The translations under genes were made by a program, and so were the position numbers. A stretch of 64,000 bases of DNA from Patescibacteria group bacterium (GTDB lineage Bacteria > Patescibacteriota > Minisyncoccia > Phycocordibacterales > Phycocordibacteraceae): NCBI GenBank assembly GCA_040384705.1, contig JAZKIU010000001.1:153907-217906 (forward strand). Direction: 5' to 3'. This document shows, piece after piece, positions 9,519 to 17,775 of the stretch. Every line of letters starts with the position of its first letter. Position 1 is the first letter of the stretch. The notes below the pieces were generated by a model that searched no databases, was not told the DNA's origin, and saw only the letters and a program-made list of their open reading frames with translations.

Positions 9519-9538
9519 ATGCAACCGATATGTTGCAT
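9519..9538. promoter_or_regulatory. Putative ArsR-family operator
   Basis: Inverted repeat ATGCAAC-N6-GTTGCAT upstream of the SRPBCC-ArsR pair. Confidence 0.5.
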
Positions 9539-9601
9539 ATTACCTCAATAGAGTGTAGAGTGTTCCGGCAAGACATTATTTATCTATATAAGCCATTCCC
9601 C

Positions 9602-10051
9602 ATGGACCCTGCCTCTCAAGACGTTATCCAGAAAGAAATCATTATCAGTGCACCCGCGGAGCGCGTATATAGCGCGATCACTGACCCGGAGAAGATCGTA
9701 GCCTGGTTCCCGAACGAGGTGGAGGGAAGCCTGGCGGTGGGCGAGCGCCCCATCCTCTCTTTCGGGGCAGATGGAAAGACCCAGCTGTATATCGTGGACG
9801 CAAGGCCGCATGAATACTTCGCCTACCGTTGGGTACCCGGTAGCCAGCACTTCATGGGTGATGTCCTTACCGTCCCGAATACGCTCGTCGAATTCTTCAT
9901 CACTGAAGAAGCGGAGGGCACGAAGGTAGTGCTCAAGGAATCAGGCTTCGCTTCGCTTCCGTCCCCTCATAAAGAGGAGAGCCTGAAGGACAACAATGGC
10001 GGATGGGAGTTCATGATGGGCCGTCTCGGAAAGCTCTTCGCTGCTAACTAA
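9602..10051 (+). CDS. SRPBCC (AHSA1/START-like) domain protein
   Basis: EIIISAPAERVYSAITDPEKIVAWF...T.V.F...GTKV.L.ESGF...GW. Confidence 0.9.
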   Translation: MDPASQDVIQKEIIISAPAERVYSAITDPEKIVAWFPNEVEGSLAVGERPILSFGADGKTQLYIVDARPHEYFAYRWVPGSQHFMGDVLTVPNTLVEFFITEEAEGTKVVLKESGFASLPSPHKEESLKDNNGGWEFMMGRLGKLFAAN

Positions 10052-10359
10052 TGAAGCTAGCGCAAACATACAAAGCGCTCGGAGACCCAGTGCGCCTCAA
10101 AATGGTGCAGCGCCTCTCGGAGAACCCTACATACACGCTCGGCAGTCTATCCAAAGGTCTTGGGGTGACGAGGCAAGGCGCGAGAAAGCACCTAATGATG
10201 CTTGAGGAAGCGAAGCTCGTTAGGCTCGTGCCTGAAGGCAGGGAGACGAAGGTCCTGCTTAATAAGGCGTCACTCACTAAGGCCAAGTCATTCATTGCGG
10301 AACTTGAGCGTCAGTGGGAAACAAGGCTCGAGGCGCTGCGGGACTTCACGGAGCAATAA
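10051..10359 (+). CDS. ArsR/SmtB-family transcriptional regulator
   Basis: YKALGDPVRL...TRQGARKHL..LEEAKLV...GRE...WETRL..L. Confidence 0.9.
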   Translation: MKLAQTYKALGDPVRLKMVQRLSENPTYTLGSLSKGLGVTRQGARKHLMMLEEAKLVRLVPEGRETKVLLNKASLTKAKSFIAELERQWETRLEALRDFTEQ

Positions 10360-10380
10360 TTACATAACCATCAGCTATAT

Positions 10381-10734
10381 ATGGAAAAGAGGAATGGAGG
10401 ATGTCATTGTGGCAAAGTGCGGTACGAAGCAGAGGTGGACCTCGCTACACCGGTCGTTGAATGCAACTGCTCGATATGCGCAGGGAAGGGGCTGTTGCTC
10501 ACGTTTACGCCTGAGAGCCAGATGACCATTACTTCCGGCGGAGAGCTGTTAACGGAATACCGTTTCAACACCGAGAAGCTCGTTCACTTCTTTTGCAAGA
10601 TGTGCGGAATGGAAGTATTCGTTAAGGCGCATGATCCGAGTGGTAACGTCGTGTACGCCATTAACGCTCGCACGCTCGATGGGGTGGACGTAAGCGCGCT
10701 TGAAAGGACGCCTCGTGATGGAAAGGCGGGCTAA
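10381..10734 (+). CDS. GFA / CENP-V family zinc protein
   Basis: GGCHCG.VRY, CNCSIC, FCKMCG. Confidence 0.92.
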   Translation: MEKRNGGCHCGKVRYEAEVDLATPVVECNCSICAGKGLLLTFTPESQMTITSGGELLTEYRFNTEKLVHFFCKMCGMEVFVKAHDPSGNVVYAINARTLDGVDVSALERTPRDGKAG

Positions 10735-10792
10735 AACCTCAGAGTACAGAACCGATTTTCGCGTAAAGAGAGGGAATTGGTATCATGACGCT

Positions 10793-11638
10793 ATGAAGCG
10801 TTTCATCCCGGCATTCATTCTCGTTGCGTATAGCGCGCTTCTGATCAAGGTAATGGTGTTCAAGGACCTGCCGACTATCAGGATAGGGCAGCTCATGTTG
10901 AATTTCGCAGGAACGGACGCAGGCCACGCGCCTAACTTCGTGCCATTTAAGACCATTCTGCCGTATCTGCTCGGCTTCAAGGGGTGGATCATCGCGGGCG
11001 TTAATCTGGTCGGGAACATCGTCCTGCTCGTGCCCATAGGGTTCCTTCTTCCTTTCCTCTACCCGAACATCACCTGGAAGAAATCCCTCGCTATTGCCAT
11101 TGCCTCCGGTCTTGCCATCGAAACGATGCAAACGCTGCTTCGCGTCGGCATATTCGATATCGATGACGTGATACTGAATGCGCTTGGCGTCATGATCGGC
11201 TACTTCGCGACCCTAGTTCTCACAAAGTGGATGCGCGAGAGGAAATACATGCATATGCTTATCGCAGCATTCATAGGTATCGCTGCCGCCGCGGGTGCTC
11301 TGTATGCTATTTATCCGCATGGCCAGCCGGTAATACGTCCAGAAGGTGGCGGTCAATTTAATAGTGAAGAAGGCAGAGACCTCTGTGGCGGCACGGGCGG
11401 TACCGGGCAGATTGTTAGCGTAGGGAATAACGGATTCACTATCGAGCGACGGGACGGCAGCAACCAAATCGTTAACCTTGCAGATAAGGCAACGATCGAA
11501 ACTCCAGCCGGCCCTGTTTCTACATCTGACTTGAAGATAGGGGACAGGGTGACGCTTGTGGGGGACGTAAATCCCGATGGCAGCTTCACCGCGGATACGG
11601 TTGTGGTCTGCAGTACACCAGTTGAGAGGGAGGAATAG
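10793..11638 (+). CDS. VanZ-family membrane protein with C-terminal OB-fold-like (DUF5666-like) extension
   Basis: NFVPFKTI, GNIVLLVPIG, IETMQ...GIFDIDDVILN; C-terminus G.IVSV...DLKIGDRVT..G. Confidence 0.85.
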   Translation: MKRFIPAFILVAYSALLIKVMVFKDLPTIRIGQLMLNFAGTDAGHAPNFVPFKTILPYLLGFKGWIIAGVNLVGNIVLLVPIGFLLPFLYPNITWKKSLAIAIASGLAIETMQTLLRVGIFDIDDVILNALGVMIGYFATLVLTKWMRERKYMHMLIAAFIGIAAAAGALYAIYPHGQPVIRPEGGGQFNSEEGRDLCGGTGGTGQIVSVGNNGFTIERRDGSNQIVNLADKATIETPAGPVSTSDLKIGDRVTLVGDVNPDGSFTADTVVVCSTPVEREE

Positions 11639-11736
11639 AGCGATATTAGAACCTGTTCAAAAGCGAAGGAATTAGATATATTCACGCTGGAAGTCCCGCC
11701 CTAAATAGCTGGGCGATAATCAAAGGAGAGTGTGAA

Positions 11737-12642
11737 ATGACGACCGAAACATCTTCCCGGCACCCGTTGCTGGAAAAGAAAATCATCGGCATCGCTTCTT
11801 GGGAGCAATGGCTCAAGCGATGGCAAGACGTCACTACAGCGGAGGAGCTTATCAGTCTTCTGCACTACGGTTTCGACGCTGGAGGCAGCGACATCTATGC
11901 AAAAGCCACGTTCTATTTCGGCATCGCGGACGGCCACGCCGAGCGGGACGGCAAGTTCATTGGCAGTCGTTCCGATGACGCAGGACGTCAATACCGCACC
12001 GACGGTATGCAAACTTCATTGCGTCGGTCGAATCCGCCTCAAGAGTACGATTACACTTCCGTCGAGTTGCGTCGCTTGATCGCCAAGAAGGCATGGGAGG
12101 TGCTCTGCGTGAAGTTCTTCGGCGGCTGGGTGTCGAATCAAGGATCGAGAGCTAATCCCGGATGGTTCCACTACTGGGGTGGCCGTGAGCAAGACCTTGA
12201 ACTCTTGAAATTGTTGTTCGACTTCCTCGATCCGAAGCACGGCATCAACAACCTTCCAACGGACGAAGATCATCATCGTAAGGTGCTCGAGAATTTCATG
12301 CAGGCCTTCATAAAGACCGCTTGGAACGTCGGTGAACGCTCGATTTATCCTGGAGATGCGCAAAAGCTGGGAGACATCATCCTGCTGTGTCGAGAGTCGC
12401 GTCCTCGACTTCTCAACATGATCAGTAGTCTCGGCTGGGAGAATATGCTCCTCAAGCTTTCATTCGATGATCGAACCCTCCCATATCTGGAGGCGCAGGT
12501 TGCTGCCTGGAATAAGCAGCAGATGTGGAACCGGACGCTCGAAGAATGGGCCGCCCAGGGCTACAAACCCGCTCAAACCGTCCTGCTCCTGCGTAACCAG
12601 GTAAGGGTCGAGCGTATGCGGAAGAAGAAAAAAGCTGCATAA
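11737..12642 (+). CDS. Hypothetical protein (ORFan next to tmRNA 3' end)
   Basis: 301-aa ORF, AAAGGAGAG SD, no recognisable motif. Confidence 0.8.
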   Translation: MTTETSSRHPLLEKKIIGIASWEQWLKRWQDVTTAEELISLLHYGFDAGGSDIYAKATFYFGIADGHAERDGKFIGSRSDDAGRQYRTDGMQTSLRRSNPPQEYDYTSVELRRLIAKKAWEVLCVKFFGGWVSNQGSRANPGWFHYWGGREQDLELLKLLFDFLDPKHGINNLPTDEDHHRKVLENFMQAFIKTAWNVGERSIYPGDAQKLGDIILLCRESRPRLLNMISSLGWENMLLKLSFDDRTLPYLEAQVAAWNKQQMWNRTLEEWAAQGYKPAQTVLLLRNQVRVERMRKKKKAA

Positions 12643-12654
12643 ATCAATGACTGT

Positions 12655-12683
12655 GATCCCTCGACCGAGTCGGTCGAGGGATC
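12655..12683. terminator. Bidirectional terminator between ORFan and tmRNA
   Basis: GATCCCTCGACCGA-G-TCGGTCGAGGGATC, 14-bp perfect inverted repeat. Confidence 0.75.
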
Positions 12684-12704
12684 TTGTTCTTATACCTACT
12701 ATTG

Positions 12705-13111
12705 TGGAGGTGCGGAGAGTTGAACTCCGGTCCGAATCTGGCTTTGAGGACGAATCTACGACGCATAGCTAGTGTTGATGCTTCAGAAGGAGAATAAGAA
12801 CGCTAGCGAAAACGCTCCTTCCTGATCCTGTTGTTTAAGCTCGGTGCCTAGGAGAGCATGAGCCGATTCCGTAGAAGATTCCGCCCTTTCCCCTCGCTAC
12901 GAAAACCGAGAGAAGAAGACGTCGCTTAGGCGAAAGCGCGAAGCTTTTACGCGTAAGCGAACGTGAAGTCCTTTGCAGTGAAGAAAGGTGATTTCACGCT
13001 TGCAACAGTTTTGTTTGCAAGTATTGGTTGATTGCGGGATTTAGATGGTCAGCAATCTTCCATCGCGTCGCACGTCTCTCAAAGTACAGACCGTCAAAGC
13101 CGGTCACCCCC
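12705..13111 (-). ncRNA. ssrA: tmRNA; tag peptide ANKTVASVKSPFFTAKDFTFAYA
   Basis: 5' GGGGGTGACCGGCTTTGAC; 3' GGAGTTCAACTCTCCGCACCTCCA; acceptor stem with G3-U70; adjacent smpB; tag ORF 13018-12947. Confidence 0.95.
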
Positions 13112-13158
13112 GTTCCGGACACTATCAGGAGATCGTGTCCGGAACGCGACTGGCCCGC

Positions 13159-13605
13159 TTATTTCTTCCCGCGAAGCGCCCGCTCGATGTCGAGCTTGGC
13201 GTCGGCTCGCTTCAAGTCCTCTCGCTTGTCGGCTTTTCCTTTACCGCGCACGATAGCGACCTTCAGCTTCAGGTACCTTCCACTATTATACACTTCCAAA
13301 GGCACTACTGTCAAGCCCTTCTTGGACTCCGCGTCAGAAAGTTCCGCTATTTCCTTCTTAGAAAGGAGCAGGCGGCGCACATGCTCTGGGTCGTACGACT
13401 CCGGAGTGTTCTTCACCTGGTACGGGGGAATAGTCATGCCAGCCACGTACGCCTCGCCGCCCCGGACTATCACCCGGGCGCCCTCAAGGGACCCATGCTT
13501 GGCGCGCAGGCTCTTCACTTCGCCGCCGGTTAGCTCCATGCCAGCGACATACGACTCGAGTATCTCGAACCGTAGGTGCGCTTTCTTGTTCTGGACGAGG
13601 CTCAT
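13159..13605 (-). CDS. smpB: SsrA-binding protein
   Basis: NKKA...AGMELTGGEVKSLR...R.LLL.KKEI...GKGKADKRE. Confidence 0.97.
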   Translation of the reverse strand: MSLVQNKKAHLRFEILESYVAGMELTGGEVKSLRAKHGSLEGARVIVRGGEAYVAGMTIPPYQVKNTPESYDPEHVRRLLLSKKEIAELSDAESKKGLTVVPLEVYNSGRYLKLKVAIVRGKGKADKREDLKRADAKLDIERALRGKK

Positions 13606-14471
13606 ACCGATACTGTATCGCGAGTCGGCTTGCTACCGAACAGCTCCTCTATCTCCTCGCGCTTGGCGAGCAGGTCCTCGTATCCCATCGTGAACGCCTC
13701 AACGACCTTCCTCCGTTCCCGGCTATACAGCACGGTCGGAAGCGGGGAGGTGGGGGAGATGAGCGAGAACTTGATGCCGCCGGGCCACTCGATATCCTGC
13801 GTCATCGCCATATCGCGCAGGAGAGCGCGGCGGAGCCCTGGCGATAGGAGCGCTCCATATACCCGGAGAATTGCCTTGCCGACTTTCGTCGGCGCGTCGG
13901 TGTTCGTGATGCAGACGATGCGCTTAGCGCCTGCTTGTATGGCAGCCGTGATGAGGTCGGCGATACCGGTGGTGAAATCGCCATCGAGATAGCTGTGACT
14001 GCCCAGGTTCACATGCCCGTTATACAGAAGGGGTATCGCGGTCGCAGCGCGCATCACTTCGTACGGATTAAGCCAGAGGTCATTGCTGATGAATCGCGTA
14101 TCGCCTGACCGTATATCAGTGACCGGCACAAGGAACTTCGTCTGGCTCGCTTCCGCTTTCTCGACATCGAGCGGAAGGTACTGCTTGAGGATGGTATCGA
14201 CCATGTAATTGATGCGCAGCGCAGGGAACGGTGCGTACCGGATGAACTGCGGGGAGGGAAGATATCGCGTCCACGCCTTCTCTATGTCGTCGTATTGTCC
14301 GGCGAGGTAGTAGAACATCGCGCCGACCGAGCCCGATGCCGAGACGAAGATGTCGGGCGAGGTGAGCTTCAGCTCCTTTGCGAGCGCGACAAGGGCGCCC
14401 GCTGAATACGCGCATTTCATGCCGCCACCTGATGTGATGATGGCGATAGGCTCTCTCTTCATCGTTTCCAT
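13602..14471 (-). CDS. Patatin-like phospholipase
   Basis: SGGGMKCAYSAG, SASGS nucleophile elbow variant, AATAIP, YLDGD. Confidence 0.85.
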   Translation of the reverse strand: METMKREPIAIITSGGGMKCAYSAGALVALAKELKLTSPDIFVSASGSVGAMFYYLAGQYDDIEKAWTRYLPSPQFIRYAPFPALRINYMVDTILKQYLPLDVEKAEASQTKFLVPVTDIRSGDTRFISNDLWLNPYEVMRAATAIPLLYNGHVNLGSHSYLDGDFTTGIADLITAAIQAGAKRIVCITNTDAPTKVGKAILRVYGALLSPGLRRALLRDMAMTQDIEWPGGIKFSLISPTSPLPTVLYSRERRKVVEAFTMGYEDLLAKREEIEELFGSKPTRDTVSV

Positions 14472-14515
14472 AGCAATTCGCCTTATTGTATAGTGTCGGG
14501 AAGTAAGCTCAAAAA

Positions 14516-16489
14516 ATGGCATCCATCACCCCAAACAAGAAAGCCTCGCCGAATACTCAGCAGACGAACGGGCCAGCGAAGAAAGGGAACGGCAAGAAAC
14601 CAGCTAAGGGCAAGGGTCCGCGCAATTTCCTCACGCCCGGTACCCCAGGCTTCATGGGCAACCTCCTCTCGACGGTGCTCGTGTTCCTTCTCTTGATGAG
14701 CATCTTCTCCCTCTTGTTCGGAGGAGATAAGGCGAAAGAGGAGATAGCGCTCTCGCAGGTGGCGGCTGACGTGAAAACCGGAGCGCTCACCGTCGTGAAG
14801 ATAGAAGGGAACGAGCTCCTGCTCACGTACACGGACGGCACGGAGAAGAAGTCGATGAAGGATCCTGATCAGGGACTCCCCGAGACGCTCGCGGTATACG
14901 GCGTCACACCCGAAGAGCTCGCCCGTACGCAGATAACCATCGCGACTGAGTCGGGTTTCAAGTACTGGTTCTTCAACCTCGCTCCGATACTCCTCCCTAT
15001 CCTCTTCCTCGCCATCCTCTTCTGGTTCCTCACGCGCCAGGTGCGGGGAGCGGGCATGCAGGCATTCAGCTTCGGCCAGTCCAAGGCGAAGATGATAGAC
15101 CCGGCCGATACGACGCAGCGCATATTGTTCGCTGACGTTGCAGGCGCGAAGGAAGCGAAGGAAGAGCTCATGGAAGTTGTGGACTTTCTCAAGAACCCGA
15201 AGAAGTTCCTCGATATTGGTGCACGCATCCCGAAGGGCATCCTTCTCATGGGCGCCCCAGGAACGGGAAAGACGATGCTTGCGCGTGCTGTTGCGGGCGA
15301 AGCGGGCGTACCGTTCTTCTCGATATCGGGTTCGGAGTTCGTGGAGATGTTCGTCGGTGTCGGTGCGTCACGCGTGCGTGACCTCTTCAATATGGCGAAG
15401 AAGGTCGCTCCGGCCATCATCTTTGTGGATGAGATAGACGCCGTAGGACGCGTGCGCGGCACGGGTGTTGGCGGCGGCAATGACGAGCGCGAGCAGACGC
15501 TCAACCAGATACTCGTCGAGATGGATGGGTTCGATCCGAATGAGAAGGTCATCATCCTTGCCGCAACGAACCGCCCTGATGTGCTCGACCCAGCGCTGCT
15601 GCGTCCTGGACGCTTCGATAGGCGCGTCATGCTCGATCTTCCGGATCGCAAGGACCGCCTCGCGATACTTTCCGTGCATTCCCGCAAGAAGCCGTTCGGC
15701 CCTGACGTGAACCTTGAAGTCATTGCGGAACGTACCCCTGGCTTCTCGGGTGCCGAGCTCTACTCGCTCATGAACGAGGGCGCCATTCTCGCTGCACGTG
15801 AGAACCGGAAGGAGATAACGCAGTACGACCTCATCCGCTCCATCGAGAAGGTGATGCTCGGGCCTGAGCGAAAGAGCCATCTCCTCTCGAAGAAGGAGAA
15901 GCTCGTCACCGCATACCACGAGGGCGGTCACGCGCTCGTCTCGTCGGTGCTTCCATACGCTGACCCCGTGCACAAGATCTCCATCATCAGCCGCGGACGT
16001 GCTGGAGGGTACACGCTCAAGCTTCCGTTCGAGGATAGGAGGATGCAGTCGAAGAAGGAATTCCTCGATGACATCGCCGCAACGCTCGGTGGCTATGTCG
16101 CAGAAGAGATGGTGTTCGATGACCTCACGACGGGACCATCCAACGACCTCGCGGTCGTTGTCGGACTAGCGCGCGACATGGTCGCACGCTATGGCATGTC
16201 GGACAAGATAGGGCCGGTCGCGTTCGCCGCTGACCGCGCCCATAGCGACGCTATCTACTCGCAGAACGTGTCCGCGACGATAGATGCCGAGGTCACCCGC
16301 ATCATCGAAGAAGCGAAGGAAAGCGCGCGGCGCGTCCTCACCGAGCATCGCAAGGCGCTCGACGCCATCGCGGAGAAGCTCGTTGAAGTGGAGACGCTCG
16401 AACGCGAGGAATTCGAGAAGCTCCTCATTGCGAACGGCATAACACCGAAGACGAAGGAGGACGAGGAGTCGCCGAAGATAGATATATAA
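14516..16489 (+). CDS. ftsH: ATP-dependent zinc metalloprotease FtsH
   Basis: Two TM helices, [29 protein letters not shown]. Confidence 0.98.
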   Translation: MASITPNKKASPNTQQTNGPAKKGNGKKPAKGKGPRNFLTPGTPGFMGNLLSTVLVFLLLMSIFSLLFGGDKAKEEIALSQVAADVKTGALTVVKIEGNELLLTYTDGTEKKSMKDPDQGLPETLAVYGVTPEELARTQITIATESGFKYWFFNLAPILLPILFLAILFWFLTRQVRGAGMQAFSFGQSKAKMIDPADTTQRILFADVAGAKEAKEELMEVVDFLKNPKKFLDIGARIPKGILLMGAPGTGKTMLARAVAGEAGVPFFSISGSEFVEMFVGVGASRVRDLFNMAKKVAPAIIFVDEIDAVGRVRGTGVGGGNDEREQTLNQILVEMDGFDPNEKVIILAATNRPDVLDPALLRPGRFDRRVMLDLPDRKDRLAILSVHSRKKPFGPDVNLEVIAERTPGFSGAELYSLMNEGAILAARENRKEITQYDLIRSIEKVMLGPERKSHLLSKKEKLVTAYHEGGHALVSSVLPYADPVHKISIISRGRAGGYTLKLPFEDRRMQSKKEFLDDIAATLGGYVAEEMVFDDLTTGPSNDLAVVVGLARDMVARYGMSDKIGPVAFAADRAHSDAIYSQNVSATIDAEVTRIIEEAKESARRVLTEHRKALDAIAEKLVEVETLEREEFEKLLIANGITPKTKEDEESPKIDI

Positions 16490-16502
16490 AGAGGAGATAT
16501 AG

Positions 16503-16531
16503 AACAGCGCCGGAGAAATCCGGCGCTGTTT
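16503..16531 (+). terminator. Intrinsic terminator of ftsH
   Basis: AACAGCGCCGGA-gaaa-TCCGGCGCTGTT followed by T. Confidence 0.8.
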
Positions 16532-16565
16532 TGGCGTACGTCGCAGTTCGGTGTAGATTATCAGG

Positions 16566-16639
16566 GCGCCCTTAGCTCAGTTGGTTAGAGCACGGAGCTT
16601 ATACCTCCGCGGTCCTTGGTTCGAGTCCAAGAGGGCGCA
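16566..16639 (+). tRNA. tRNA-Ile(UAU)
   Basis: Cloverleaf GCGCCCT/AGGGCGC; anticodon arm CGGAG-CT TAT AC-CTCCG; discriminator A. Confidence 0.93.
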
Positions 16640-16717
16640 CTGATTGTCTTCCTCCTAGCGCTGTGGTTAAGTGCTTCCGGAGTTTGTTAAGACCTCTCAA
16701 ATGGGAAGGAGTTCGTC

Positions 16718-17503
16718 ATGTCTAATCGAAAATTGTTCCGGATGAAGCCGGACGAGATCGCAGCCCTTATCGACAGACGGGCTTCGAAGATCAATGAAGC
16801 GGTCAACGCCAAACAAATTCTTGCTGAACGGAGGGAATTCGCCGCGCGTGTTGACCAAGATTTCGGCTACTCGCGCCTCAAGCAAGCAACGGAAGCCGAA
16901 ACGGTCGAGATGCCTGCCGACCTCGTCCTGCTGAAATCGCTCATCGGCATCGGCGTCATTCCACTTTCTCGTGCATCCGTCGAGCGTTACAAAATGATGA
17001 TGGCCCGGAATATCGTGAACATCATCACGAAAATGTTCGGCATTCCGCTCATGGTGTCGGGCGCGGTCACGATTATCGCGATCTTCATCGCGGCGCTCGT
17101 GAGCCCGTTGAGTGTGCGGGAGACGGTCGCATTTCCGTGGGGGATGATCTTCGGCATTGGCTGCTTCCTCACGTGGGTCGAGCACGCCCTCATTCCTCGC
17201 CGCGAGTGGCGCGTCTCGGACATCAAAGGAGCGGGCTGGTTCACGAGGGACTCGAACTTGATTCCTCGTGAAGTGTTCGAGCTCGCAACGCGTGTGAAAG
17301 AAGTGCTTCCAAAGACCTCTTTCCTTGTGCATGAGCTCACGAAAGATTATGGGCCCTGGTTCAAGTGGATTCCTGAGGACTTGGCAGGTCGTATTTTAGG
17401 CGATCCTGACCCCTTCCTCGAGGTCCGATTCGGGGGAGAATCTTTCTATATCGCCGTCTGGAATGAACCCGGGTTCGATGGAAAGCTCATGGAGGTGGAA
17501 TAA
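16718..17503 (+). CDS. Hypothetical two-TM protein (ORFan after tRNA-Ile)
   Basis: 261 aa, AAGGAG SD, C-terminal DPDPFLEV...IAVWNEP. Confidence 0.8.
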   Translation: MSNRKLFRMKPDEIAALIDRRASKINEAVNAKQILAERREFAARVDQDFGYSRLKQATEAETVEMPADLVLLKSLIGIGVIPLSRASVERYKMMMARNIVNIITKMFGIPLMVSGAVTIIAIFIAALVSPLSVRETVAFPWGMIFGIGCFLTWVEHALIPRREWRVSDIKGAGWFTRDSNLIPREVFELATRVKEVLPKTSFLVHELTKDYGPWFKWIPEDLAGRILGDPDPFLEVRFGGESFYIAVWNEPGFDGKLMEVE

Positions 17504-17565
17504 TCGATAGGAAGTTCGAAACCCCGGCGCACGCGCCGGGGTTCTTCTATGTTCATATCGCTCTC

Positions 17566-17733
17566 CTAAAGCCGTTGGCCGAAGCGATCGCGAACAAGGC
17601 AGCCATCTTCGTCGACGTACGCTTTCTTGCGGGAATCGAAACGAAGTCCGTGATCCCTTGCAGCTTGTTTATTTACGGGATTGGACGGGCCGAAGTCCGA
17701 ATCGAATTCCTGCTTCTGTTTTTGGTCGCTCAT
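17566..17733 (-). CDS. Small hypothetical protein
   Basis: 55 aa MSDQKQ...RDRFGQRL with GAGGAG SD. Confidence 0.6.
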   Translation of the reverse strand: MSDQKQKQEFDSDFGPSNPVNKQAARDHGLRFDSRKKAYVDEDGCLVRDRFGQRL

Positions 17734-17775
17734 GGCGAGCTCCTCTGTGGCTTCTACCTGGGACTCTAGCACTTC

